Shown: piece by piece, positions 10,822 through 20,160 of the stretch
Layout of the letters: each line of letters opens with the position of its first letter
Position numbering within the stretch: the first letter of the stretch is position 1
Assembly: GCA_964632485.1 (NCBI GenBank)
Contig: CAZWDO010000002.1
Span: 310,001-347,430 of the forward strand
DNA: 37,430 nucleotides
From: an uncultured bacterium
Lineage (GTDB): Bacteria > JAGOEH01
Direction of reading: 5' to 3'
The notes under the pieces: generated by a model
The model's database searches: none
Seen by the model: the letters and a program-made list of their open reading frames with translations, nothing else
What the model was told of the DNA's origin: nothing
Position numbers and translations under genes: made by a program

Positions 10822-12702
10822 TTAGCTGAATATGAAACCTTTTTCTTTGAATAGGCGAGTACAGGCTTCAACGGCGCGGGAATCAAATTTTTCTCCTGCC
10901 CAACGGTTTATTTCTTGCAGAGCTTTATCGATGCCTAAACTGGGTCGATAGGGTCGAAAATTTGTAATCGCTTCGACTACGTCCGCTACGCAAATGATTT
11001 TAGCTTCAATTAAAATGCAATCGCTTGTGAGCCCCAGGGGATATCCGGAACCATCCAGCTTTTCATGGTGTTGGTGAACGATTTGAGCGATAGGCCAGGG
11101 GAATTCGATGGGACTGAGAATTTCGCTGGCTGTTTGGGGATGAAGCTGAATAATCATGAATTCGGCCTGGCTAAGCCGTCCCGGTTTTGATAAAATCTCG
11201 GCGGGTACAATTACTTTTCCCAGATCATGAATAGTTCCGGCTAAGCGGATCACTTCAATTGTTTCCTCGCTTAGCCCCATTTCTGATGCGATGGCAGCGG
11301 CGAGTTCCGCTACACGTCGCTGATGGCCGGCCGTATAAGGATCCCGCTTTTCAATTGTCAGAGACATGGCCCGGATGGTGTTATGCAGAATCGTTTCCAT
11401 CCGTATCAATGAAGATTGCAACTCGGTTTCGGCTTTGACGCGGGCGTCAACTTCTCGTTTGAGTTCCCGGTTAGCCTGTTCCATGGCTTCCGCCCGCGCT
11501 TCGATCAGTTTCACGCGTGTGCGGTTTTCTTCTGCCGTTTTGAGTTCTGTGATGTCAAAAGAAAATCCGACTACTCCATATATTTTTTCATTTTCATCGG
11601 TCATAAAATCCAGATAAAAGAGAAGTGTTTTGTTCAGGACGCTTAACTCAAAAGATGATGATACCCCCTGCAGGGCCATCCGATGTCCCTCCAAAGGAAG
11701 AGTTCCAAATTGATCTTCGGGAAAAATTTCATCAACGGATTTATTGATCCAATATTTTCCTTCTCCTCCAATGAGGTATAGCTGAGTTCCGTTTAAAGAA
11801 TTAAGCGATAGCTCAAGGTCGGTTGTCCAGAGTAATGCCGGAATATGATCGATTATAATTTTTAAGCGCGCTTCTTTTTCCCGCAGGATTTGTTCGGTTT
11901 TTTTAAGTTTTTCAAAATCCAGACTCTTTTCACGCGCCAACTGCATTAATGACGTTTTATTTTCGATGAGTTCACGGATTCGTTCGATATACAGATAATT
12001 TCTATCTTCAATTTGAAGAGAATGGATATAGAGATGTATTTCTTCGGAATCGGGTAAGATTTCTGTCCAGATTTCTGAACGGCGGTACTGTTGGTTGGAT
12101 TCGTCCGATATTGAAGGGGAGTTGTAAATAAAGTGATCGATAAAGGGGAATCTTTCAGCCAATAAAATTACCGAGTTCTGGGCCTCTTCCGGTCCCAGGA
12201 GTTGAGTGAACCAGGAAGGAATCGAACGCAAGGGTTGAAATCTGCCTTCACCCAGATTTTCAAACAAAACGATCTCAAGGGTATCAATCATTTTACCACA
12301 AATGATATCGTCTTTCAATTTTTGATAACGATCATCTAAATACTTCGTTTCGTTCCAGCGTTGCAGGAGCTCTCGCATGCTATTATCATTAATACCCGTA
12401 TCAGACAAAAGAATCCATGTGGTGTCTATTCCCTGGATTAAATGGATATCCAGATAGTAATCAGAACTAATCTGCATATTGGGTAAGACCAACGTTGGCG
12501 TGGTCAACGGGATTAATCCCTCAAAAAAAGGGAGTTTATCGCTTAGAAGAGTCCCTTTTTCAAGTGGAGGAATTTCAAAATCGCTCATATTATCGCTTAA
12601 ATTTAAAATAATTCCCGTTTCATCCAATTCGATAAAGCCGGGTAAAGTGAATAGATATTTTTTTTGGAGCAAATAATCCAGAATCAGATCGGGATATGCC
12701 AT
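10822..12702 (-). CDS. PAS-containing HD-GYP domain phosphodiesterase (cyclic dinucleotide)
   Basis: RDPYTAGHQRRVA, HDLGK, HHEKLDGSGYP, RPYR. PAS segment IIDHIPALLWTTD...GFSFDITELK and a coiled-coil linker. Confidence 0.92.
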   Translation of the reverse strand: MAYPDLILDYLLQKKYLFTLPGFIELDETGIILNLSDNMSDFEIPPLEKGTLLSDKLPFFEGLIPLTTPTLVLPNMQISSDYYLDIHLIQGIDTTWILLSDTGINDNSMRELLQRWNETKYLDDRYQKLKDDIICGKMIDTLEIVLFENLGEGRFQPLRSIPSWFTQLLGPEEAQNSVILLAERFPFIDHFIYNSPSISDESNQQYRRSEIWTEILPDSEEIHLYIHSLQIEDRNYLYIERIRELIENKTSLMQLAREKSLDFEKLKKTEQILREKEARLKIIIDHIPALLWTTDLELSLNSLNGTQLYLIGGEGKYWINKSVDEIFPEDQFGTLPLEGHRMALQGVSSSFELSVLNKTLLFYLDFMTDENEKIYGVVGFSFDITELKTAEENRTRVKLIEARAEAMEQANRELKREVDARVKAETELQSSLIRMETILHNTIRAMSLTIEKRDPYTAGHQRRVAELAAAIASEMGLSEETIEVIRLAGTIHDLGKVIVPAEILSKPGRLSQAEFMIIQLHPQTASEILSPIEFPWPIAQIVHQHHEKLDGSGYPLGLTSDCILIEAKIICVADVVEAITNFRPYRPSLGIDKALQEINRWAGEKFDSRAVEACTRLFKEKGFIFS

Positions 12703-12703
12703 T

Positions 12704-13201
12704 TCATGGTTCCATCATTGCTTGAACCAGCATTTGAAAGGCTTCTTCAACCCCCACGCCGCTTTTCGCGCTGGTTGTTAAAACCGTCCAGTTTTTCTTT
12801 TTCAAATCATCCATTATTTCCGTATCGAATTCCCATTCCTCAGTCAGATCATATTTATTGAGGAGTAAAATAAAAGGAACGGGGCCCATGGTTTTAATAG
12901 CCAGCTCATGCAATTGAAATGCGCTGGAGAGAGTATGTTTGCGGGTGCCGTCAACGACCATAAAGAAGGCGGAGGCGCCTAACAGATAAGTAGTCTGAAC
13001 CTTCTGGAAATCATCCTCGCCATGGATGTCCCACAAGATCAAATTAATGGGTTGTTCCCGCCATAACACTTGTTTTTGATCGATTTTTACTCCAATTGTG
13101 GTATGGTATTTTTCAGAAAAAATACTTCTTACATAGCGCTGGACCAAACTGGTTTTTCCAACGGCAAAAGAACCCAACATGCAAATTTTTTTCTTGATCA
13201 T
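12704..13201 (-). CDS. Ras-superfamily (Rab-like) small GTPase
   Basis: G1 GSFAVGKTS, G2 YHTTIGV, G3 LWDIHGE, G4 NKYD, G5 TSAK. Stand-alone 165 aa. Confidence 0.93.
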   Translation of the reverse strand: MIKKKICMLGSFAVGKTSLVQRYVRSIFSEKYHTTIGVKIDQKQVLWREQPINLILWDIHGEDDFQKVQTTYLLGASAFFMVVDGTRKHTLSSAFQLHELAIKTMGPVPFILLLNKYDLTEEWEFDTEIMDDLKKKNWTVLTTSAKSGVGVEEAFQMLVQAMMEP

Positions 13202-14880
13202 GGTTCAGCATCCTTTTTTTGGAGAATAATGACAATTCGGCGATTCTTATCTGAGTCTTTGATATTAAAAATTGGCTGAGTCGATCCTTTGGCCTCAATT
13301 TGAAAAATAAGCTGGGGAAAATCCGTTTCAATATAATCTCTCAGGAAATTTTGAGCGCGGCGCCGACTTAAATTCTGATTTAGAGTTTCACTTCCTGTTT
13401 TATCTGTATGACCTTCAATTATAAACGCATACTCATTCGAATTGGGCAACTTGAGAAATTCAGTAATCAGTCGCTTAATTTCTTGAATTTCAATTTCCTG
13501 ACCATCCAGCGGGATACTCTGATTTTGAGGGTAATATATAGGGTGTGATGGCAGGCGTTTGATTATCGAATCCGATTCGGAAGAGATAGTATTTATAATA
13601 AAGTAGGAAATTCCCGGAATAGCGGCGCATTTCAGAGAGGCCTGGTCCCACCATTCCTGCGTGGCATTTCCGCTCAAAACCAGCGTATCGCCCCGCATTT
13701 CAAGCGTAACCGTAACGGGAGGGTCCAGCCGGGCGCGAATAGTTTGTAATAAAACGGAGGGTTCGAGAGAAAGATAAGCCTGCCAATCCCATTTGATTTC
13801 CGCGGGAATGAAAGAATGGGCGATTGAATCGGGGATTCGGGCTTCAATCGAGCGATCTTTGAGTCCGTGAATATAATAATGGCCATCCCGGTAACCACTC
13901 TCTGTGATTCGTAAACCCGGATATTGATGCAACTTCTGGATCAATTGGTTAAATTGATAACGATAATAGTAGCGATAACCTCCCCAGAAAATAATACCAC
14001 TTAAAATCAGAGCGATCATAACCCAGGCCAGAATCGGTTTACGATGAGTTTCATCTTTCAATTGGTACTGGAGACAAGGAGTCAGTAAATCGCGATGCTC
14101 TTCGAATATAGCGGTCTCACCGTTAAACTGGTTAAGTTCATTGTAAAAATGTTGATGGATGTTTTCCAGTGACGAGCGAAAAGTAGTCCGCAATTCCAAT
14201 GGCGCATCACCCCGAATAACCGATGCCAGAAGCGCCGCCGGGCCCTGTTCAATCCATACGCTCAGTTCACCCACCTGGATTGTTTCCAATTGTTCGTCAT
14301 TTTTAATTTTGAACGAGTCGTGGACAAAATCCTGTATGGCTTTCAACATTCCGGAAATCATATCCCCCTCATCATTGACACCCAGGGTACTCTGTTGCGC
14401 CAGTAATAAGCCGGTTCCTCGATGGATCAGAAAAACTTGTTCCACTCTGAAGGCCAGGCTTTTTAACATAACGATCTCAGCGTAGGATCGACCCGTCAGC
14501 AAGGCTTCGATTCGCCATGAAATTCCCTTGAAGGTGAATATGTTTTCTAAGGAATGATTGAATGACTGTAGCATTGATTTGAAGTTTTCCGATACGGCCC
14601 GGCGAATGACCGATCCAATCATGGGATACATGGCTTCAATGAGGGGACGCGGGTTCTTTTTTATACTATAATGAATGGTTTGTTCAATAATTGGCGATAT
14701 TATTTCCGTCAAGCGCTGATCGTTATTCCGGCATAATTCCAAGGCATCCGCCAAAATGACGCTGACTTTTTGCGCTAATTGTTCCGGTTGATTGATAGCT
14801 TGATCCAGCGCATCGAATTGGTCCTGATTGGGAACCTTCAATAAACGATGGAGTTCCTCAAGTGAAGGGTCGTTCATCAT
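13198..14880 (-). CDS. Membrane protein: cytoplasmic helical and longin-like region, one TM helix, BON-like segment, C-terminal OmpA peptidoglycan-binding domain
   Basis: TM ILAWVMIALILSGIIFWGG. OmpA motifs IEGHTDKTG-NQNLSRRRA-NRRIV. Start uncertain (14910, 14880 or 14877). Confidence 0.85.
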   Translation of the reverse strand: MMNDPSLEELHRLLKVPNQDQFDALDQAINQPEQLAQKVSVILADALELCRNNDQRLTEIISPIIEQTIHYSIKKNPRPLIEAMYPMIGSVIRRAVSENFKSMLQSFNHSLENIFTFKGISWRIEALLTGRSYAEIVMLKSLAFRVEQVFLIHRGTGLLLAQQSTLGVNDEGDMISGMLKAIQDFVHDSFKIKNDEQLETIQVGELSVWIEQGPAALLASVIRGDAPLELRTTFRSSLENIHQHFYNELNQFNGETAIFEEHRDLLTPCLQYQLKDETHRKPILAWVMIALILSGIIFWGGYRYYYRYQFNQLIQKLHQYPGLRITESGYRDGHYYIHGLKDRSIEARIPDSIAHSFIPAEIKWDWQAYLSLEPSVLLQTIRARLDPPVTVTLEMRGDTLVLSGNATQEWWDQASLKCAAIPGISYFIINTISSESDSIIKRLPSHPIYYPQNQSIPLDGQEIEIQEIKRLITEFLKLPNSNEYAFIIEGHTDKTGSETLNQNLSRRRAQNFLRDYIETDFPQLIFQIEAKGSTQPIFNIKDSDKNRRIVIILQKKDAEP

Positions 14881-14884
14881 TGCA

Positions 14885-15433
14885 TCAGTCGCTATCCTGG
14901 GCGCTATCATTGTTTAATCTCAGTACTATATCGGTCAACATGGCCGCTAAGTCCTTGCGATCAGTTTTTTTATCCGTCAGATTTGCAATTTCATCATCCA
15001 GACGGGTCCGAATTTGCTGATAAGATGACTTGTTTTCATTACTGAGCTGTTTACCCTGGTCCATTATCAATTGCCGAATTTCGCGTTGAAATTGGATTGA
15101 ATCATCGATTTGCTTGCTGAGACGACTATTGCCATTGTCGATCGCCTCTTGAAGCTTTCGTTCCTTTTCCTGCCGGTCCGTCTGTTCGTTTTTTAATTGG
15201 TTCCCGACCAGACCGATTTGATTTTTAATAAAATCTTCAAGGTTTTTGAACATTTGCTGTTGTTCCTGGTGATATCGATTCAGTTCCTGATTGACGCGTT
15301 CTTCTAATTTTATCAATCGTTTTTCCGTATCGCGCATAGCTCCTCCGAAGAGCAGCTCCCTGACTTGATTGATTCCATCAGGACCCGTTTCATTCAGGGA
15401 GTTTTCTTCGGATTGATGGTTTTTTTCTTTCAT
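14885..15433 (-). CDS. Coiled-coil hypothetical protein, first gene of the GTPase operon
   Basis: GAAGGAGG RBS before ATG 15433. INQVRELLFG N-terminal motif, Q/E/K-rich heptads, C-terminal KKTDRKDLAAML. Confidence 0.85.
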   Translation of the reverse strand: MKEKNHQSEENSLNETGPDGINQVRELLFGGAMRDTEKRLIKLEERVNQELNRYHQEQQQMFKNLEDFIKNQIGLVGNQLKNEQTDRQEKERKLQEAIDNGNSRLSKQIDDSIQFQREIRQLIMDQGKQLSNENKSSYQQIRTRLDDEIANLTDKKTDRKDLAAMLTDIVLRLNNDSAQDSD

Positions 15434-15482
15434 GGAATTGCCTCCTTCATTATAGAGTAAAGGGTTGAATAATCTTATCAAT

Positions 15483-15511
15483 ATTATACGTCAATTAAAA
15501 GAGTTTGTCAA
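15483..15511 (-). promoter_or_regulatory. Consensus sigma70 promoter of the GTPase operon
   Basis: Minus strand TTGACA-17 nt-TATAAT. Confidence 0.85.
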
Positions 15512-15820
15512 ATTTTTTTTTTAGTTTGAAAAATCCGTTGAACGCCGGTATGTTTTTTATGGTTCATTCGCTAAATGGCGCCAAAGCATAATGGCTGTCA
15601 TTATGCCAAAAAATTGTTGTCAAAGATCATTAGAGAAATGATGGCTCCGGGGAAGGTGGCGCGGTCGCTGTTCGAAGCGTATTATGCAGATGATCTGAGC
15701 CCTGGGGCTATAGAATTGATAACCGCTGTGGACTGGCGACGATTACGGACTATCGCGTGAATGGGTAGCGGCGTAAAGGTATATCTCAAAAGTCATGAAA
15801 ATAATCTCTGCTTTTTTCAC

Positions 15821-15849
15821 TTGACATTTCAACAAGACACACCTATATC
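15821..15849 (+). promoter_or_regulatory. Possible orphan sigma70 promoter
   Basis: TTGACA-17-TATATC. Followed only by GGAGGG-ATG GCT CTA TAA. Confidence 0.4.
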
Positions 15850-15927
15850 AAATTGAAGCGTAACTTTGATGTACCGAAATACGATCGCGCCGATCCACTA
15901 ATCAAACTCTTGGAGGGAAGAATGGCT

Positions 15928-17481
15928 CTATAAAAAAAGAAAAAAAATAAAACGGAAAGACAAATGCAATCCATTATCCCAAAAAAGTCCATTCAGAAAA
16001 ATGACCCCGGGCAAAGTCAGCGCGATCAGGTTGGAAAGATTCAAAGATTCCTGGCTATGAAATATTTGTTTTAGCTTTTTATACAAAATATAGATCAATA
16101 CGCCCAGCCATAGAATTCCCGCCATCCCCCTTTCCACCATGAAAGTCAGCCAATAATTATCTGCTACGTCATAATAGTTTCCTTTACCGAGAAAGGGGAC
16201 ATAATATTCCTGGTAATTTTGGGCATAGTGGCTGTAATTGCCTGAGCCGACTCCCCATACAGGATGCTGACTGAAAATTTGAGCGCCAATTTTCCATTGA
16301 ATCATGCGATGCTGAACATCGAAATCGGAGCTGTATGTAAGACCGACAATTACCGATAGCGCGAACAGCGCGATAAATATCCGCCAAAGTTTCAACGAAT
16401 GGCTGTAAAAAAATTTCCAGTGGCGGGGAAGGTGCTGAAGCGTAACGATTGGAATGAAAATCAGACTGGCGGCCACCCAGGGCGATGTTGTCTGGCAACG
16501 GTAAAGCGCATAAAAGAGGATCGATAGGGAAGATACGCCCCCAGTTGTTTTTATGACTTGGGCAAAGGCCGGTAATCGCTTTGTTTTTTTATAGAGGGAT
16601 ATCTGTTGACGCATCCGCATTATCAACCAAATAACCAGGCCGGGGATAATTGTAGCGATCAGGCTGCCACGCATACTATCATTGCCGAATGCCGAACCGG
16701 GGGAAAAATGTCGGTAAACCACCAATAAACGGGGGTTAAGTTCCAAATTGCGCTGCCATAATCTTTCAAAAACGGCTGGTTCGCCAAAAAATTGGACTGC
16801 CAGTCCATACACGGCGACAAAGAAAACCAGCCCGAGATAATATCGAATGAGATGAACCCGATCGGTTAATGATTCCCGGGTAATAAAATATAGAAATAGT
16901 ATCCAACAACCGGTGAATTCATAATAGAACCAGTAGGAGACAGACCGGGCTAATGGAAATGTCTGCAGAGCGGAAATAAATCCTCCCGCCCACCATATTA
17001 TAAGCGCCGGGATAAAAAAAGAATGGCGCTGAAATAACGGTTTTCTTCCCCATCGGATTGCGTAAAGGCTCCAAAGGGAAATCCAGAGCAAAGGCAACAG
17101 CCGCTGATAGGGGATTGTCAATGAACTGATTTCCAGGGGGGGGAGAAATTGATAGGGAATCAGACATAAAAACGCCAATAACAGTTTTAAACATCCGTTG
17201 GGTGTGAAGACCCATTGATAGACATAGTGTAAAAATCCAAAAAATCGGGATGATCTAAATATTGCAACAAAATTGGCAAGAAAACTTTCTTTCCAAACAT
17301 GAGCCAGTAAAGATGCTGATGTCGGTAATGGACGAATGGTTCGAAAAACAAGGCTTAATCTTAGAATTTGAAGAAGATGTTGCGCCAATGGAAAGACAAT
17401 AGAGGCCTCCAGAGTCTGGCGCCGGAAAATTCGTTCCATTATCAAGCGGGCGCTGGTCATGTTATACACCCAGATTGGCAA
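15928..17481 (-). CDS. O-antigen ligase/Wzy_C family polytopic membrane protein
   Basis: Many TM segments. HRMIQWKIGAQIFSQHPVWGVGSGNY...ADNYWLTFMVERGMAG motif. Start uncertain. Confidence 0.8.
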   Translation of the reverse strand: MPIWVYNMTSARLIMERIFRRQTLEASIVFPLAQHLLQILRLSLVFRTIRPLPTSASLLAHVWKESFLANFVAIFRSSRFFGFLHYVYQWVFTPNGCLKLLLAFLCLIPYQFLPPLEISSLTIPYQRLLPLLWISLWSLYAIRWGRKPLFQRHSFFIPALIIWWAGGFISALQTFPLARSVSYWFYYEFTGCWILFLYFITRESLTDRVHLIRYYLGLVFFVAVYGLAVQFFGEPAVFERLWQRNLELNPRLLVVYRHFSPGSAFGNDSMRGSLIATIIPGLVIWLIMRMRQQISLYKKTKRLPAFAQVIKTTGGVSSLSILFYALYRCQTTSPWVAASLIFIPIVTLQHLPRHWKFFYSHSLKLWRIFIALFALSVIVGLTYSSDFDVQHRMIQWKIGAQIFSQHPVWGVGSGNYSHYAQNYQEYYVPFLGKGNYYDVADNYWLTFMVERGMAGILWLGVLIYILYKKLKQIFHSQESLNLSNLIALTLPGVIFLNGLFWDNGLHLSFRFIFFLFL

Positions 17482-18388
17482 TTAAAGTGTCCGCGGATGA
17501 GTTGCTATCAATATTGTAAACGGTAGCGGGACCCATTGATTTAAACCATGTAATTTGCCGTTTGGCGAAATGACGGGTATTTTTTCGGATCAATTCCCGG
17601 CACTCATCGAGCGATAATTTATTTTCTAAATATGCAATAGTTTCCTGATACCCCAGAGATTGCAGTCCCGGATCAGTGGGGGAATGGTTCATCCGTAAAA
17701 GGCTGCGGGTTTCCTCCACCAGTCCGTTAGCAAACATCACATCTACCCGTTCATCAATACGATGATAAAGGATATTTCGATCCCATTGCAATATAACCAG
17801 GTGGATTTTAAACGGATAGGAGGGTTTTTGCTGTCGGTTGAACCATTCGCTCATGGGGATTCCAGTATAATGGACAACTGCGAGATAGCGGACAATTCTC
17901 TGTTGATCATGCGGATCAATTTTTAATGCCGATACGGGGTCCATTCCCTGGAGTTGTTGATGCAGTTGGCTGAGTCCTTTCAGGATTACGTCGCGCCGCA
18001 GGGTTTCCTCAATTTCAGACGGAATGGGGGGGATGGGCGCTAAGCCTTCAAGCAAGGCCCTTAGATAAAGCCCGGTTCCCCCGACTATCAGGGGCAGTGG
18101 CTGACCCGCATGCCAGAATCTATCCATAATACTTCGGGCATCATGATAAAATCGGCCGGCGCTGTACTGCTCATGCGGTTCAATAATATCAATGAGATGG
18201 TGGCGAACTCGTTGAAGTTCCCGGGCTGATGGTTTTGCCGTACCGATATTCATCCAGCGGTAAACCTGGCGTGAGTCGGCCGAAATAATCTCAAGTCCGA
18301 ATCGATCGGCCAGTTCCAGCGCAAGCGAGGTTTTCCCGCAGGCGGTAGGACCCGTAATGATCAAAAGGTTCCGGGTAAAATCGATCAT
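17462..18388 (-). CDS. miaA: tRNA dimethylallyltransferase
   Basis: GPTACGKT, ISADSRQVY, IGTAKP, VGGTGLY, AKRQITWF. Follows mutL. Confidence 0.97.
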   Translation of the reverse strand: MIDFTRNLLIITGPTACGKTSLALELADRFGLEIISADSRQVYRWMNIGTAKPSARELQRVRHHLIDIIEPHEQYSAGRFYHDARSIMDRFWHAGQPLPLIVGGTGLYLRALLEGLAPIPPIPSEIEETLRRDVILKGLSQLHQQLQGMDPVSALKIDPHDQQRIVRYLAVVHYTGIPMSEWFNRQQKPSYPFKIHLVILQWDRNILYHRIDERVDVMFANGLVEETRSLLRMNHSPTDPGLQSLGYQETIAYLENKLSLDECRELIRKNTRHFAKRQITWFKSMGPATVYNIDSNSSADTLIANLGV

Positions 18389-20160
18389 TATTTACGGCCC
18401 AATCGTTTTTCCAATTCTGAGAATGTAATTTTAATCAGCGTAGGCCGGCCGTGGGGGCAGGTATAGGGAAATTCGCAGATAAACAGATCGTCGATCAGTT
18501 GTTGCATTAGATTAACGGTCAGCCGGTCCCCGGCTTTAACGGCCGCGCGGCAAGCTGTATATCGCGCGATTTTCTCGACGGCTTTGATATGAGGTTCTTT
18601 TTCTGCCGCCAGATCGTCCAGGATATCCTTGAGCGTGGATGCGCTTTCCCAATGGTGCAGATAGGCCGGAATCCCTTCGATCACTAAAGAATTGCCGCTG
18701 AATTCCTTAATCATAAACCCCATATTAACCAGAATATTATCCGTTTGGCGATAAAGTATCATTTCAGCGGATGTCAGTTCAACCACTTCCGGAAAGAGCA
18801 GGGATTGAGACAGTTTTTTTTGTTCGCGAAAATTTTTAAGGATTTTTTCATAGAGAATTCGTTCCCCCGCGGCATGTTGATCAATAATTACCATTCCGTC
18901 GCGTGTATTGGTAACAATATAGGTCAGTTGCAATTGCCAGAGATGGGGCATGACCTCGCTTGTGTTTTGCTCATGCTGGATATTTGAATCGAGCCGCTGG
19001 ATTACTTTTTGAATATCCGGCGTCATGTCCGCTTTCCCCGCTGTGTGAGTAATGGTCTGCAATGGCAATACATCCTGGTAGCTGATTGTGGCTTTTGAAG
19101 GGATCATCGGACTTTGCCTCATGATCATTTTCAGTGAATTGTCTTTGCTGTAGCCACTGTTAAGCGCCTGTTGCAGCGCGTCGGTGAATATACGATATGC
19201 CGGGAACCGATCGTCAAATTTAATTTCCCGTTTACTGGGATGCACGTTGAAGTCAACCAGAGCGGGATCTATTTCGAGATATAAGACAACAAACGGGTAA
19301 TTGTTTTTTTCAAGCATGGAACGATAAACTTCCAGGATCGCTTTTGTCACTAATTTATCGCGCACATAGCGGGTATTGATAAAAAGGTAAATCTGGGAAT
19401 TTTTCCGGGCTAAGGCGGGTGAACCGGCAAAACCCGTTAGTTTGGAGTTGGATACTACCAATTCCACCGGCATGAGTTGATTTTCCATCTCATCGCCAAA
19501 GACTTGATGAATGCGCTTGATATGATCTTTGACAGGGGTATAGTGGAATAGTTCGCGATCATCATGAGAGAGACGAAACGCGATATGAGGCAATGCCAGA
19601 GCCTGTTGAGTTACTTCGGCAATGATATAGCGGAGTTCAGTGGAATTTTGGCGTAGGAATTTTTTGCGGGCTGGCACATTAAAAAAAAGATTCTTCACGC
19701 GCAGTGTTGTGCCAAAATCACGCGCCTGCTCAATAAACGCAGTTTCCCGCCCCCCCTCGATACGAAAGAAAGTGCCGACCTCTTCCTGAAAATGACGAGT
19801 TTGTATTTCAACTACGGCTACCGATGCAATCGAGGGCAGAGCTTCGCCCCGGAATCCCATGGAACGAAGAGTCTCCAGATCTTCAAAATTACTGATTTTA
19901 GATGTAGCATGGCGTTGAAAAGCCAGCCGTACGTCATTATGGGGGATACCATGTCCGTTATCGATAATCTCGATCAGGTTCTTGCCGCCTTCTTCGATAT
20001 TAATGGTAATTCGTGTTGCCATGGCATCAATCGCGTTTTCCACTAATTCTTTAATCACCGAATATGGACGCTCAATCACTTCACCTGCGGCGATTTTGTT
20101 GACAACGTCCATCTCTAATAAATGAATGCGACGTTCCCTGCCGGAAGACGTATCAACCAT
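18388..20160 (-). CDS. mutL: DNA mismatch repair endonuclease MutL
   Basis: IAAGEVIERP, GFRGEALPSI, DQHAAGERILYE, ACR, CPHGRP. ATG 20160 overlaps the upstream stop codon. Confidence 0.97.
   Translation of the reverse strand: MVDTSSGRERRIHLLEMDVVNKIAAGEVIERPYSVIKELVENAIDAMATRITINIEEGGKNLIEIIDNGHGIPHNDVRLAFQRHATSKISNFEDLETLRSMGFRGEALPSIASVAVVEIQTRHFQEEVGTFFRIEGGRETAFIEQARDFGTTLRVKNLFFNVPARKKFLRQNSTELRYIIAEVTQQALALPHIAFRLSHDDRELFHYTPVKDHIKRIHQVFGDEMENQLMPVELVVSNSKLTGFAGSPALARKNSQIYLFINTRYVRDKLVTKAILEVYRSMLEKNNYPFVVLYLEIDPALVDFNVHPSKREIKFDDRFPAYRIFTDALQQALNSGYSKDNSLKMIMRQSPMIPSKATISYQDVLPLQTITHTAGKADMTPDIQKVIQRLDSNIQHEQNTSEVMPHLWQLQLTYIVTNTRDGMVIIDQHAAGERILYEKILKNFREQKKLSQSLLFPEVVELTSAEMILYRQTDNILVNMGFMIKEFSGNSLVIEGIPAYLHHWESASTLKDILDDLAAEKEPHIKAVEKIARYTACRAAVKAGDRLTVNLMQQLIDDLFICEFPYTCPHGRPTLIKITFSELEKRLGRK

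Noticed and set aside
15575-15760. 61-aa plus-strand ORF
   Set aside because: No convincing RBS or family motif, so it cannot be supported.
18850-18883. MutL motif DQHAAGE instead of the common DQHAAHE
   Set aside because: That position is variable in the DQHA(X)2E(X)4E consensus, and the ACR and CPHGRP motifs are intact.
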